Shown piece after piece: positions 17,028-26,743 of a stretch of 59,948 nucleotides of DNA. The notes beneath the pieces are model-generated. The model worked only from the letters and a program-made list of their open reading frames with translations. It was not told the origin of the DNA and did no database searches. Each line of letters starts with the position of its first letter. Position 1 is the stretch's first letter. Made by a program: the position numbers and the translations under genes. Origin of the DNA: an uncultured bacterium (lineage in GTDB: Bacteria; Vulcanimicrobiota; JAJTBE01; CAYNGH01); the NCBI GenBank assembly GCA_964396845.1, contig CAYNGH010000004.1, positions 1 to 59,948 of the forward strand, written 5' to 3'.

Positions 17028-18212
17028 TTAGGCTTTGATGGGAAGCCTCTTTAGGGATGCCTCTATTTTGCTGAGGGCTTTTTTGATATTTTCCACGGAA
17101 TTGGCATATGAGAATCGCAGGTATCCTTCCCCCTCGGAGCCGAAGTCGGTACCGGGCAGGCAGGCCACTCCCGCATCGGTGAGGATGTGTTCCATCAGGT
17201 CCCGGCTTTTCATTCCTGTTTCCTTGATGTTGGGGAACAGGTAGAAGGCGCCTTTGGGTTTGGCGCATTTAAATCCCGGGAGTTTGTTGAGTCCTTCGGT
17301 AAAGATGTCCCGGCGGATTCTGAATTGTTCCACCATTTTGTCCACTTCGTCCTGGGGGCCGGTGAGAGCTTCGATGCCGGCAACCTGGGTTGCGGTATTG
17401 ACGCAGGAAACTGTATTGAGCATTATCTTGGTCATGGCATCAATGATGGGTTTGGGGCCGACTCCATATCCCAGGCGCCATCCGGTCATGGCATAGGTTT
17501 TGGAGAAGCCGTCGAGGATTATCGTGTGATCCTTCATTCCGGGAATCTGAGTGATGGAGGCATGTTCGCCGTCATAAATCATCCGGGAGTAGATTTCATC
17601 GGAGAATACTATGAGGTTGTGTTTTTTGACCACATGGGCTATCTCCTCGTAGTCTTCCATGGTCAGGAATCCCCCGGTGGGGTTGGAGGGTGAGTTGAGG
17701 AAAATCATCCGGGACTTGCTGGTAACCCTGGATTTGAGGTCTTCCACGTCGAAGCGGAAGCCTTTTTCCTCTTTGACAGGCACATACACAGGTTTTGCGC
17801 CGATGAAGTTGATAAAGGAGTTGTAGGCAGGATATGTGGGGTTGGGCAGAAGCACTTCATCGCCGGGATTCAGGCATGCCATGATGGCCGATACGATGAC
17901 CGGCTTGCCCCCGGGAGCGATCATAATTTCCGACGGGTCCCAGGTGGCGGGTTTGCGGGTATCTTTCATGTAGTCGGCAACGGTCTGGCGTAGCTCCATA
18001 GTCCCCTGAGATGGGGTGTAGTGGTGATAACCGTTGTCCAGGGCCCACTTGGCCTTTTCAACGATGTTTTTAGGGGTGTCAAAGTCAGGCTCACCAATCT
18101 GGAGATGAATAATCTCCTTTCCCTGGGCTTCCAGTTCCTTGGCCCTGGCCAGCACCACAAATGCACCTTCGGTACCCAGACGGCTCATCCAGTCAGCTAA
18201 ACGATAATCCAT
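17028..18212 (-). CDS. Class I PLP-dependent aminotransferase (aspartate aminotransferase-like)
   Basis: The PLP-lysine context FSKTYAMTGWRLGY, plus NPSNPTG and a length of about 394 aa. Confidence 0.88.
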   Translation of the reverse strand: MDYRLADWMSRLGTEGAFVVLARAKELEAQGKEIIHLQIGEPDFDTPKNIVEKAKWALDNGYHHYTPSQGTMELRQTVADYMKDTRKPATWDPSEIMIAPGGKPVIVSAIMACLNPGDEVLLPNPTYPAYNSFINFIGAKPVYVPVKEEKGFRFDVEDLKSRVTSKSRMIFLNSPSNPTGGFLTMEDYEEIAHVVKKHNLIVFSDEIYSRMIYDGEHASITQIPGMKDHTIILDGFSKTYAMTGWRLGYGVGPKPIIDAMTKIMLNTVSCVNTATQVAGIEALTGPQDEVDKMVEQFRIRRDIFTEGLNKLPGFKCAKPKGAFYLFPNIKETGMKSRDLMEHILTDAGVACLPGTDFGSEGEGYLRFSYANSVENIKKALSKIEASLKRLPIKA

Positions 18213-18230
18213 GAAACCAACCTCCTTGAT

Positions 18231-18286
18231 TTAATAATAAAACCCCGGGGTTCTGAACAGGGCTGAAACCTGTCCTGCGGGGTTTG
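18231..18286 (-). terminator. Putative terminator or structured element after the permease gene
   Basis: The minus-strand reading is AAACCCCGCAGGACAGG-TTTCAGC-CCTGTTCAGAACCCCGGGGTTTT followed by ATTATT. The outer CCCCG/CGGGG stem encloses an inner ACAGG/CCTGT stem. Confidence 0.45.
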
Positions 18287-18339
18287 AAAACTCATGTACT
18301 GATTGTTCCAATTTTAACAAACTCCTTCCGGAAAAAAAA

Positions 18340-19608
18340 CTAATCCTCCCTTTGGGGGGAATCTTCTGCCAAATCCCCGTCCTTGTCGGGATCCGGCAGA
18401 AGAAGGTTTAATAAAACCCCTACAATACCCGCAAGGCCGATGCCTCTGATGGAAAAATTATCAATAGAAAGGCTCATCCCCCCGATGCCGAATATCATGA
18501 TGATGGCTATGATTATTAGGTTTCTCGGTTTTGTTACATCGGTATTTGACTGGATGAGGTTTTTCATTCCCACAACTGCAATGGCTCCAAAGAGCAAAAT
18601 CATGATCCCCCCCATAACTGGGGATGGGATGGTTCGAAGGAGTGCTCCAAGTTTTCCGATAAAACTGAGGAGTATGGCGGATATGGCAGCCCAGGTCATG
18701 ATTGCAGGATTGAAGGCTTTAATCAGGGCTACCGCCCCGGAAACTTCTGAATATGTGGTATTGGGAGGCCCCCCCAGCATTGAAGCGACGGTTGTTGCCA
18801 CGCCGTCCCCCAGCATTGTCCGATGAATTCCGGGGTCTTCGAGATAATTCTTGCCGGTTATGGAACCGATGGCGATTATGTCCCCCACGTGTTCTATAGC
18901 GGGAGCGATGGCAACAGGCAGGATGAACAGCACCGCAGGCCAGCTCCATTGAGGCAGAACAAATTTCGGAATACACAGCCATGAAGCCTGGGCCATCGGT
19001 AAAAAATCCACCATTCCCAGGAAAAGAGATGTCCCGTAACCCGCCAATATGCCCATCAGAATGGGGATGCACCGCAACAGCCCCTTCCCGGAGATGCTGA
19101 CTGTTGCAGTGACAAAAAGGGAAATCAGGGCAACAATCAGGGCATGTTTTTCGTCAAAGAGCACCGTCGCACCGTCGCCGGTCCTGCCGAGGGCCATATG
19201 AACCGCCACAGGAGCCAGAGAAAGACCGATGACCATGATTACCGGGCCGGTGACAACTGCAGGGAGGTATTTCAATAGACTGTCGCTCCCCTTGAGCCTG
19301 ATGATCAGGGAAAAGACCATATACAATACTCCCGATACTGCGAGGCCCGAGAGGGTTGCCGGGATTCCCCAGGTCTGAACTCCGTATATTATCGGGGAGA
19401 TAAAGGCAAAGGACGAGGCCAGGTATATGGGAACCTTCCCCCTGGTTATCCCCTGAAAAATCAATGTCCCGACCCCCGAGGTGAGAAGAGCTACATTGGG
19501 ATCCAGTCCCGTGAGGAGAGGCACCAGCACCAGAGCGCCAAAGGCCACAAAGAGCATCTGAGTCCCCAGGAGGCAGTCTTTCATTTTAAAGGAATAATCA
19601 CAGTCCAT
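18340..19608 (-). CDS. NCS2-family nucleobase permease (uracil/xanthine permease-like)
   Basis: About 12 TM helices. The motif LTSGVGTLIFQGITRGKVPIYLASSFAFISPI resembles the UraA/PyrP signature. Confidence 0.85.
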   Translation of the reverse strand: MDCDYSFKMKDCLLGTQMLFVAFGALVLVPLLTGLDPNVALLTSGVGTLIFQGITRGKVPIYLASSFAFISPIIYGVQTWGIPATLSGLAVSGVLYMVFSLIIRLKGSDSLLKYLPAVVTGPVIMVIGLSLAPVAVHMALGRTGDGATVLFDEKHALIVALISLFVTATVSISGKGLLRCIPILMGILAGYGTSLFLGMVDFLPMAQASWLCIPKFVLPQWSWPAVLFILPVAIAPAIEHVGDIIAIGSITGKNYLEDPGIHRTMLGDGVATTVASMLGGPPNTTYSEVSGAVALIKAFNPAIMTWAAISAILLSFIGKLGALLRTIPSPVMGGIMILLFGAIAVVGMKNLIQSNTDVTKPRNLIIIAIIMIFGIGGMSLSIDNFSIRGIGLAGIVGVLLNLLLPDPDKDGDLAEDSPQRED

Positions 19609-19629
19609 ATCTTCTCCTGTTCTCTGTCA

Positions 19630-21003
19630 TTAAAGCCAGGTCTTGAAAATGTTCAGTTTCATAATACGGTTGAAATGAGGACGCTGGATGGGAGTGCCGG
19701 CAAGAATCGGATAGAATGCCGCCAGAAAAACCAACAGCCCCGCCAGGAAGATCCATGTGGAAACCCTGCCGATTTTTGTATCCTGTATGTCGCACAGGGT
19801 ATCGGTAAGGGCCAGGGCCATGAAGGGAACACAAGGGAGCATATAGTAAAAGAAACCTCCCTTGAGATGCCATTGACCGCCGTAGTTTGAAAGAGAAGAC
19901 AGCCAGAAGAGATACAGGGGCAGATATCCGCACAGGATGAACAACAGCTTGTTTTCTTTTGTTTTGAAAGCCCGATATATCATATCCAGCAGGACCGGGA
20001 TAAAGCTCCACCAGAAAAGAAGATTCCCCATGGCGACAATCCCGTTGATGGTGCCAGTCTGTTTGTTTTCCTCCCACAGATACCATATGGGCCGGTGAAC
20101 CGTGGGCCACTGCCACATCTGGGAAAGATACGGATGGGTGAACTTGTCGGTATAATGAAATTTAAAGGTCTTGCGGTAAAGCAACCTTTGTGAGGACATT
20201 TCCATACCCTTGGCAATCTGTGGCAGGTGAATCATAAAAAATACAAAGGGGATCACCGTTGCAAAGATAACCGCAATAAAAGCCATCTCTTTTAACGGCA
20301 GACGTTTTTTCTCCTTCCAAAGGGCGAGGCCGATAAACAAAAAGGCTCCGACGGCACCCCCCAGACCAGACAGCTTGACACCTGTGGCCAGGGCAAAAAA
20401 GAAGGCTGCCCAGAAAACCGGTGTGTAGGGCCGGCGGGCATCTTTGCCCAGGCCTATGGTGGGCTTGCTGTCGATATAAAGCCATGTGAAATAATAACCC
20501 AGCAGGATGAACCCGGCAATATAAATATCCAGGGTGGCGATACGGCTCTGGGTGATATGCAGAAACTCCGCCCCCAGCATTCCCGAGGCCACCGCCGGGG
20601 CAAAGCGGTTTTTAAAAATCGACAGAGCCAACAGATATGTCGTGACTATCATGATCATCCCGAAGAACACCGACCCAGCCCGCCAGCCCACAGCCCAGTC
20701 ACCGAAAACCTTGAGGAATATGGCAATTATCTGCTTGGCCAGGGGAGGATGGATGTCGTTGGGATCCAGCCGTTCCAGAGATAGAAAGGTTCTGGCTGCG
20801 GGGATATAGTGGGTTTCGTCAAAAAAGATCCGCTCCGGCTGGGAGAGAGCATAAGTGCGAAGAAAAAGGGATATTGCGAATATAATCAGCAGAATCAGAA
20901 GGTCTGTCCTGTCAAAACGGTCATGAAAGGCGAGGTATGAGGGTTTTACAGATTTGGACTCGGTCTTTTCCCGGCTTTCGATTTTTTCTTTTTTTCTGGC
21001 CAT
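19630..21003 (-). CDS. GT39-family polyprenyl-phosphate-mannose protein mannosyltransferase (Pmt-like, GT-C fold)
   Basis: The loop-1 DE motif FFDETHYIPAA, then HPPLAKQ and a polytopic membrane profile. The permease gene follows 21 nt downstream. Confidence 0.8.
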   Translation of the reverse strand: MARKKEKIESREKTESKSVKPSYLAFHDRFDRTDLLILLIIFAISLFLRTYALSQPERIFFDETHYIPAARTFLSLERLDPNDIHPPLAKQIIAIFLKVFGDWAVGWRAGSVFFGMIMIVTTYLLALSIFKNRFAPAVASGMLGAEFLHITQSRIATLDIYIAGFILLGYYFTWLYIDSKPTIGLGKDARRPYTPVFWAAFFFALATGVKLSGLGGAVGAFLFIGLALWKEKKRLPLKEMAFIAVIFATVIPFVFFMIHLPQIAKGMEMSSQRLLYRKTFKFHYTDKFTHPYLSQMWQWPTVHRPIWYLWEENKQTGTINGIVAMGNLLFWWSFIPVLLDMIYRAFKTKENKLLFILCGYLPLYLFWLSSLSNYGGQWHLKGGFFYYMLPCVPFMALALTDTLCDIQDTKIGRVSTWIFLAGLLVFLAAFYPILAGTPIQRPHFNRIMKLNIFKTWL

Positions 21004-21075
21004 CGGTTATCCTTGAAAGCATAATGTATGAAGCGTCAGACAAAAGGTTTCTCCAAAATCCCTGAAAGGGAACCA

Positions 21076-21747
21076 TCAGAATATGGACTTGATGCCCGGC
21101 ACTACAATAAAGGTATATGGTCGCAATCCTTCAACAGTATCCGTGGTTTCATCAAGGTCATCATCAACATACCAGAGGGTGATTTTTATCTTGTCGGGAA
21201 GTTCATCCTGATCCCACTGATCCCTCCACTGGTTGGTGGACTGGTATTCCACCTCCAGGCCATGGATGATACTGGCAGCAGGATACCATTCATCCAGGGG
21301 ATTTACCGCGGCGAACCGGCGTACCGACTGGCGGGCATATGGAAACTCCGAGTACTCCAAGCGTGGCCTTCCCTGTTCATCCCGCTTTATGCGATATGCC
21401 ACTTCTCCCACTCCCTGGTGACGGCTCATGGAGGAAGTGATAAAATATATCTCGTCCTCCCGGGGTGTTGTTCCCTTGATGCCCAGCACTGTAGCGCCTT
21501 CCCCGGCTTCATACAGGTTGATGATCTGGCGTCGCATTGTATGGAACTGCCTCATGATTTCCTGTTTTTTCAAGACCCGGGCATGGGTTCTGGCAGTTCC
21601 CCTGGTGGAAAAAAGCAGGGCGGAGCCAATCATAAGCATCAGCACTGCCACTAGGGCCACCACAACGATGACTTCCACAAGGGTAAATGCCCTGCGGGAC
21701 TTAGAACCTGAACTTATATAATGACAGCTCTGAATAGGTCTGTTCAT
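21076..21747 (-). CDS. Minor pseudopilin, GspJ-like
   Basis: A prepilin-type N-terminus (RAFTLVEVIVVVALVAVLML) followed by a globular domain. It overlaps the upstream pseudopilin gene by 47 nt as drawn, so the start is uncertain. Confidence 0.65.
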   Translation of the reverse strand: MNRPIQSCHYISSGSKSRRAFTLVEVIVVVALVAVLMLMIGSALLFSTRGTARTHARVLKKQEIMRQFHTMRRQIINLYEAGEGATVLGIKGTTPREDEIYFITSSMSRHQGVGEVAYRIKRDEQGRPRLEYSEFPYARQSVRRFAAVNPLDEWYPAASIIHGLEVEYQSTNQWRDQWDQDELPDKIKITLWYVDDDLDETTDTVEGLRPYTFIVVPGIKSIF

Positions 21748-22048
21748 TATACTTTACCTCCACCTGGATCCGGGTTGCCGGCAGTCCTCCGCCGGCATCA
21801 CTGGTGCTGGTGACAACAAGGTATTCCCCATGGGGCACTGTTGATTCACCTGTAAAATCAATTTCCGCCAGTTCTTCAATCCTCTCAATGGCTATGGGCA
21901 GTGTGTCCAGACCCACCGAAGACCTCGCCGCCAGGGCGGTGGATTTCATCTCCAGGGTAATAAGGGCCGTGAGCATCAGCACTGCAATGGCCATGGCAAC
22001 CATGACTTCCAGCAGAGAGAAACCGTTTCTGGCCACATTTTTCTTCAT
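21701..22048 (-). CDS. Minor pseudopilin, GspI-like
   Basis: MKKNVARNGFSLLEVMVAMAIAVLML is a class III signal/methylation motif (G|FSLLE). Length 115 aa. Confidence 0.8.
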   Translation of the reverse strand: MKKNVARNGFSLLEVMVAMAIAVLMLTALITLEMKSTALAARSSVGLDTLPIAIERIEELAEIDFTGESTVPHGEYLVVTSTSDAGGGLPATRIQVEVKYNEQTYSELSLYKFRF

Positions 22049-22258
22049 AGCTGATAATTAAATCATTTTCCGGGAATCCCTTCCAGTTTCCATGCCGGGG
22101 AATTGGCAACATTACATGATTTTTTTGTGAGGACAGAAGGACAGAAGGCAGTATTCACAGAATTCCCAAGAACCGGGGTCCAGCCGGTTCCGGCATTTTT
22201 TGTAATTGATCATGACCCGGCAATGACTCTTGTACGTGGGGACATCCAAGGAGGCGTC

Positions 22259-24010
22259 ATGGAAAGCATTGACAAAATAATCATAAAAAACGGCCTACTC
22301 TCCAGAGAACAAATGCAACGGGCACGGGAGGTTCAGAAGGAAACCGAGGAACCCATCGAGGTTATCCTCAACCGTCTGGGTTTTATCAACATGACCAAGG
22401 AAGAATTCCTTGAGTTTTTGAGCGAAAAAACCCACATCCCTTATGTGGCCGACATAGATCCCAACCTGATTGTCCGGGATCTGATCAAACTGGTCAGCGA
22501 AGATGTGATGCGGAAATACCGGGTTCTCCCCGTCATGATCGAAGGTTCCACTCTTACCGTTGCCATGGCGGATCCCCTGGACCTGTTTGTAATCGACCGT
22601 CTGAAGTTCATCACCAAGCGTTCCATCGAACCGGTGCTGGCCAGTGAAATTGACATTGTCCGGGCCACGGATCATTTTTATCCCCGAAAGAAAAAGAAAA
22701 AGAAACTGGCCACCGCATCCGAAGGCGATGAAATCAAATACTCCAAGGTTGACCATGACCTCAACGAAGTGGTATCCGCAGAAAACGCCGCCCAGCAGGT
22801 TCCCGCCATCAAACAGGTGGACCTGATTCTCATCTCCGCCATCAAGAACAACGCATCGGATATTCATATCGAGAGCGAGGAAGACTTCCTGCGGGTTCGT
22901 TACCGGGTGGACGGGGTTCTCCATGAGATTCAACGGTTGAACAACAAGATCAAAAGCGGACTGATTTCCCGTCTGAAAGTCATGTCAGACTTGGATCTGG
23001 CAGCCTCCATGATTCCTCAGGACGGCCAGTTCATGGCCTACTACAAAGATCGGCGCATCGATTTCCGTCTTGCCACGGTGCCAACAACCCAGGGAGAAAA
23101 TGCAGTTATCCGTATCCTGGACCAGGGCAAGGCAGGCATGCGCATCAATCAGCTGAATTTTAACCCTCACGATCTCTTGAAGCTCAAGGAATCCCTCCAG
23201 ATGGCCAACGGCATGATCATTGTGGCAGGCCCCACCGGAAGCGGAAAAACCACCACTCTCTATGCCTGCATCAATGAGATCAACGACCTGACCCGCAAGA
23301 TTATCACCATCGAAGATCCCGTTGAATACAAGATGGATATTGTCAACCAGATCCCCATCCACATCGAGCGGGGGATGACCTTTGCCAGAACTCTGCGGTC
23401 AGTTCTGAGGCACGACCCTGATGTCATCCTCATCGGTGAGATTCGAGATGATGAAACAGCCCGTATTGCAGTGCAGGCATCCATGACCGGCCACCTGATC
23501 CTGACCACCATGCACACCAACGGAACCATCGAATCCATCTTCCGTCTTATGGATATGGGGATTGAGCCTTACTATGTCCGGGAGGTTCTAAGGGTGGTCA
23601 TATCTCAGCGCCTGGTGCGCCGTCTGTGTAATATCTGCAAAATTTCCCGGATGGTCCCCATCGCCGAAGCTGGCAACATGGGGCCATATCTGCAACCTGA
23701 TGCCAACGGCATGGTGAAGGTATATGAACCGGTGGGATGCGACTATTGCCGGGGCACCGGCTATGGAGGCCGACTGTCCCTGGCGGAGATGCTCTTTGTC
23801 GGCCCCCGGATGCGCCAGCTGATCAACCGGGAGAGTACCGGCAACGACCTGCGCACCCAGGCGATACAGGAGGGCCTGCGTACATACTGGTATAACGCAG
23901 CGGAAAAACTGGCAGAAGGCGTAACATCCCTGGAGGAGCTGGTCAACTCATATTCCAACGAGGAAGTTGACATCAAGCGACTGGTTCGCCCAAGCATTGT
24001 GGCTCACTGA
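22259..24010 (+). CDS. GspE/PilB-family secretion ATPase with an MshEN/T2SSE_N-type N-domain
   Basis: The ATG at 22259 is preceded by AAGGAGG (22248..22254). The track's TTG start at 22103 adds 52 non-conserved residues. Motifs: Walker A GPTGSGKTT, Asp box DPDVILIGEIRD, His box LILTTMHTNG and a tetracysteine pattern CNICK...CDYCRGTG. Confidence 0.92.
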   Translation: MESIDKIIIKNGLLSREQMQRAREVQKETEEPIEVILNRLGFINMTKEEFLEFLSEKTHIPYVADIDPNLIVRDLIKLVSEDVMRKYRVLPVMIEGSTLTVAMADPLDLFVIDRLKFITKRSIEPVLASEIDIVRATDHFYPRKKKKKKLATASEGDEIKYSKVDHDLNEVVSAENAAQQVPAIKQVDLILISAIKNNASDIHIESEEDFLRVRYRVDGVLHEIQRLNNKIKSGLISRLKVMSDLDLAASMIPQDGQFMAYYKDRRIDFRLATVPTTQGENAVIRILDQGKAGMRINQLNFNPHDLLKLKESLQMANGMIIVAGPTGSGKTTTLYACINEINDLTRKIITIEDPVEYKMDIVNQIPIHIERGMTFARTLRSVLRHDPDVILIGEIRDDETARIAVQASMTGHLILTTMHTNGTIESIFRLMDMGIEPYYVREVLRVVISQRLVRRLCNICKISRMVPIAEAGNMGPYLQPDANGMVKVYEPVGCDYCRGTGYGGRLSLAEMLFVGPRMRQLINRESTGNDLRTQAIQEGLRTYWYNAAEKLAEGVTSLEELVNSYSNEEVDIKRLVRPSIVAH

Positions 24011-24050
24011 ACCGGACAGAAACACCTGACACCATAAAACATAAAAGCAT

Positions 24051-24080
24051 AAAAAAAGGAAGCCTTGGGCTTCCTTTTTG
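24051..24080. terminator. Bidirectional rho-independent terminator between convergent gspE and gdh
   Basis: AAAAAAA-GGAAGCC-TTG-GGCTTCC-TTTTT: a perfect 7-bp stem flanked by an A-run and a T-run. Confidence 0.8.
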
Positions 24081-24103
24081 ATTCGACTGTTTTTCTAATT
24101 TGA

Positions 24104-25405
24104 TTAAGGGAAAATACCCCGGATCTTCAAGGCATCCGCCACCCGGTTCATGGCCAGAATATATGCTGCGGTCCTGGGATCACACTTGTATTGATCCCGA
24201 ATATTCCAGACATTGTTAAAGGCCCTGACCATAATTTTCTTGAGTCGCTGGTTCACCTCGTCATGCTCCCAGAAAAGGGCCATCAGGTCCTGAACCCATT
24301 CAAAATAAGACACAGTAACCCCACCGGCATTGGCCAGAATATCCGGCAGGACAATGATTCCCTTCTTGTGAAGAATGTCGTCAGCCTCGGGAGTGGTGGG
24401 GCCGTTGGCAGCCTCGGCAACTATCCTGGCCTTGATGTTGCCAGCGTTCCTTGAGGTGATGACCCCTTCCAGGGCTGCGGGGATCAACACATCGCACTGG
24501 ACTTCCAGGATATCCTCGTTGTTAATTGCTTTCGCTCCGGGATACCCTGACACTGTGCCGGTTTTTGCCTTGAAATCCAGCACCGGGCCGGGATCCATTC
24601 CATCGGGATTGAATATGCCTCCCCGGGAGTCGGATATGGCAACGACCTTGGCCCCCAGTTCGTGCATCAGTCTTGCGGCGATACTTCCCGCATTGCCGAA
24701 GCCCTGAACTGCTACCGTGGCCTTGGAAAGATCCATGCCGATTTTTTTTGCCGCCTCTTCGATGACATAAACACATCCCTGAGCTGTGGCATTGTTTCTG
24801 CCTTCGGATCCGCCTATCTCCAGGGGTTTGCCGGTGACGACTCCAGGCACTGAATACCCTTTGTTCATGCTGATGGTGTCCATTATCCAGGCCATGGTCT
24901 GTGGGTTGGTATAGACATCGGGGGCTGGTATATCCTTCTCCGGGCCGATGATTATTCCAATCTCCGAGGCAAAACGTCGGGTCATCCGTTCCAGTTCACC
25001 CTGGGACATCTCCTTTGGGTTGCATATGATTCCTCCCTTGGCTCCCCCATAAGGGATTCCCACAGTGGCAGTCTTCCATGTCATCCACATGGCAAGAGCC
25101 TTTACCTCTCCCAGATAAACCCCGGGACTGTAGCGGATGCCACCTTTGCAGGGGCCTCTCACGTCGTTGTGTTGGATCCGGTATCCGGTAAATACCTTTG
25201 TGGATCCATCATCCATTCTCACAGGGAAATTGACAGTCAATTCCCTTTTGCAGTGTTTCAGGACCTCAACAATATTCGGGTCCATGTTGATGAGTCTTGC
25301 TGTCTTTTCCACCTGGGATACAGCCATCTCCCAGGCATCTGTCTGGTCTTTCCTTGCTGCAGTGAGCATCTTCTGTGCCTCCTTTTTGGATTTTGCAATA
25401 AGCAA
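24104..25405 (-). CDS. gdhA: Glutamate dehydrogenase (Glu/Leu/Phe/Val dehydrogenase family)
   Basis: GYRIQHNDVRGPCKGGIRY, MTWKTATVGIPYGGAKGGI and the Rossmann motif GFGNAGS. The start is either the TTG at 25405 or the ATG at 25369. Confidence 0.92.
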   Translation of the reverse strand: MLIAKSKKEAQKMLTAARKDQTDAWEMAVSQVEKTARLINMDPNIVEVLKHCKRELTVNFPVRMDDGSTKVFTGYRIQHNDVRGPCKGGIRYSPGVYLGEVKALAMWMTWKTATVGIPYGGAKGGIICNPKEMSQGELERMTRRFASEIGIIIGPEKDIPAPDVYTNPQTMAWIMDTISMNKGYSVPGVVTGKPLEIGGSEGRNNATAQGCVYVIEEAAKKIGMDLSKATVAVQGFGNAGSIAARLMHELGAKVVAISDSRGGIFNPDGMDPGPVLDFKAKTGTVSGYPGAKAINNEDILEVQCDVLIPAALEGVITSRNAGNIKARIVAEAANGPTTPEADDILHKKGIIVLPDILANAGGVTVSYFEWVQDLMALFWEHDEVNQRLKKIMVRAFNNVWNIRDQYKCDPRTAAYILAMNRVADALKIRGIFP

Positions 25406-25501
25406 TAAGAAGAAGCAAGCAGGGGAAGTTTTGTCCCATCTGTTTCTCCAGGGAACAACAACAATCCCATTTTATTTATAATTGAAACTTTCCCGAATCC
25501 C

Positions 25502-26743
25502 CTAAATATCCTGCTGTTGATGGGAGTCGCCAGAAAAAATCAGTCGATTTCGGATTTCCTCGCTGTGATCTTTCAGGTTCAATGCCTTGCGCCACCAGCT
25601 CACCGCACCGTCCACATCCCCTAACATCTTGTAACAGTCCCCCAGAAGGAGGTTCCCTTCAAAGGATGAGGGATCTTCCTCCACCGCCTGGTGAAGATGA
25701 GAAACAGCATCGGGGATCCTGCCCGCCATCAGGTGGGCTTCCCCCAGCCTTATTCTCATCATTGCCGGAGTGGATACTCCCAGCTCAAGGGCAAGGTTGA
25801 ACTTTTCAATGGCCCGATCCGTATCGCCTCTCATCATGTGGATAACCCCGAGAGTGCCGGCACAGTCACCGCTTCCAGGGTCCTCTTTCAGGGCTCGGCT
25901 CAGGATTTGTTCTCCCCGTTCCAGCTGTCCTAACTCCACCAGGACAGTTCCCATCAGAATCCAGGCCTCGGGAAAATCCTCACGGCTCTCCACAGTTCTT
26001 TGAAGCACACCAACCGCGGTGGTCAGGTCCCCCCGGATGGCAAGGGCATATCCCAGATAAAACAGCACTTCTGAGCTGTCAGGGCAGAGATCCGCCGCCT
26101 TGCGAAATTGAAGAATGGCGCAATCAAGCCAGTCAGTGACAAGATAAACCAGTCCCAGGTTCAGGTAAGTGCGATAGCTGGAAGGATCAACCCGCAGGGC
26201 GCATTGAAGCCATTGGATGGCAGTCTGTCCCTGGTTCTGATCCAGGCATATCCTTGCCCACAGGTTCAGGGCTTCCACATTGTCAGGCTCACGATCCATC
26301 AGGGGGGATACTGTTCGGATCGCCTGCTGATATTCTCCCATTTCCCGGTAGAGATCTCCCAGAGATAATGCCACATCGCAGTTTATTGGATCCAGAGTCA
26401 AGGCCTTTTCCCAGACCCTCACTGCTTCTGAATAGTCCAGGTTTCCAGAATGGACAAGACCCATAAAAAAAAGAGGTTCCACGGCTTCAGGCTCCAGGGA
26501 TGAAGCCTGCTGGAAATATTCCAGGGCCTGTTCGTACTGCCCCAGTTCAGTGAGGGCCATGCCGATTTCAAGCCGGACTTCACCATTGTCCTGATCTGCC
26601 CGGGCTGCTTTTTCCCATTCAGATATGGCCAGCTCAATCCTGCCGTTGTCCCGGTGGGAAAGCCCCCTGGAAAAAGCCCTGTCAAAGGTCTTGCGGGCCT
26701 TGTAGCCTCCAAAGGAAATTACCTTTTCAGGGGGTTTGAACAT
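25502..26743 (-). CDS. TPR-repeat protein
   Basis: About 10 consecutive 34-aa TPR units, for example GQYEQALEYFQQASSLEPEAVEP and GEYQQAIRTVSPLMDREPDNVEA. Confidence 0.85.
   Translation of the reverse strand: MFKPPEKVISFGGYKARKTFDRAFSRGLSHRDNGRIELAISEWEKAARADQDNGEVRLEIGMALTELGQYEQALEYFQQASSLEPEAVEPLFFMGLVHSGNLDYSEAVRVWEKALTLDPINCDVALSLGDLYREMGEYQQAIRTVSPLMDREPDNVEALNLWARICLDQNQGQTAIQWLQCALRVDPSSYRTYLNLGLVYLVTDWLDCAILQFRKAADLCPDSSEVLFYLGYALAIRGDLTTAVGVLQRTVESREDFPEAWILMGTVLVELGQLERGEQILSRALKEDPGSGDCAGTLGVIHMMRGDTDRAIEKFNLALELGVSTPAMMRIRLGEAHLMAGRIPDAVSHLHQAVEEDPSSFEGNLLLGDCYKMLGDVDGAVSWWRKALNLKDHSEEIRNRLIFSGDSHQQQDI

Noticed and set aside
22132-22147. The tandem GACAGAAG GACAGAAG in the pseudopilin/gspE divergent spacer as a regulatory repeat.
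   Set aside because: It has only two 8-nt units, no symmetry and no other copies in the window. That is too little to call.
22103-22258. N-terminal extensions offered by the track for gspE. The same issue applies to ecfT from 31480, M16 from 37400, pilT from 47128, the pilT paralog from 48203, radA from 54816 and truA from 32417.
   Set aside because: The extensions start at TTG or GTG codons, overlap upstream genes or cover divergent promoter spacers, and add non-conserved residues. Internal starts with good SD sequences give proteins of canonical length.
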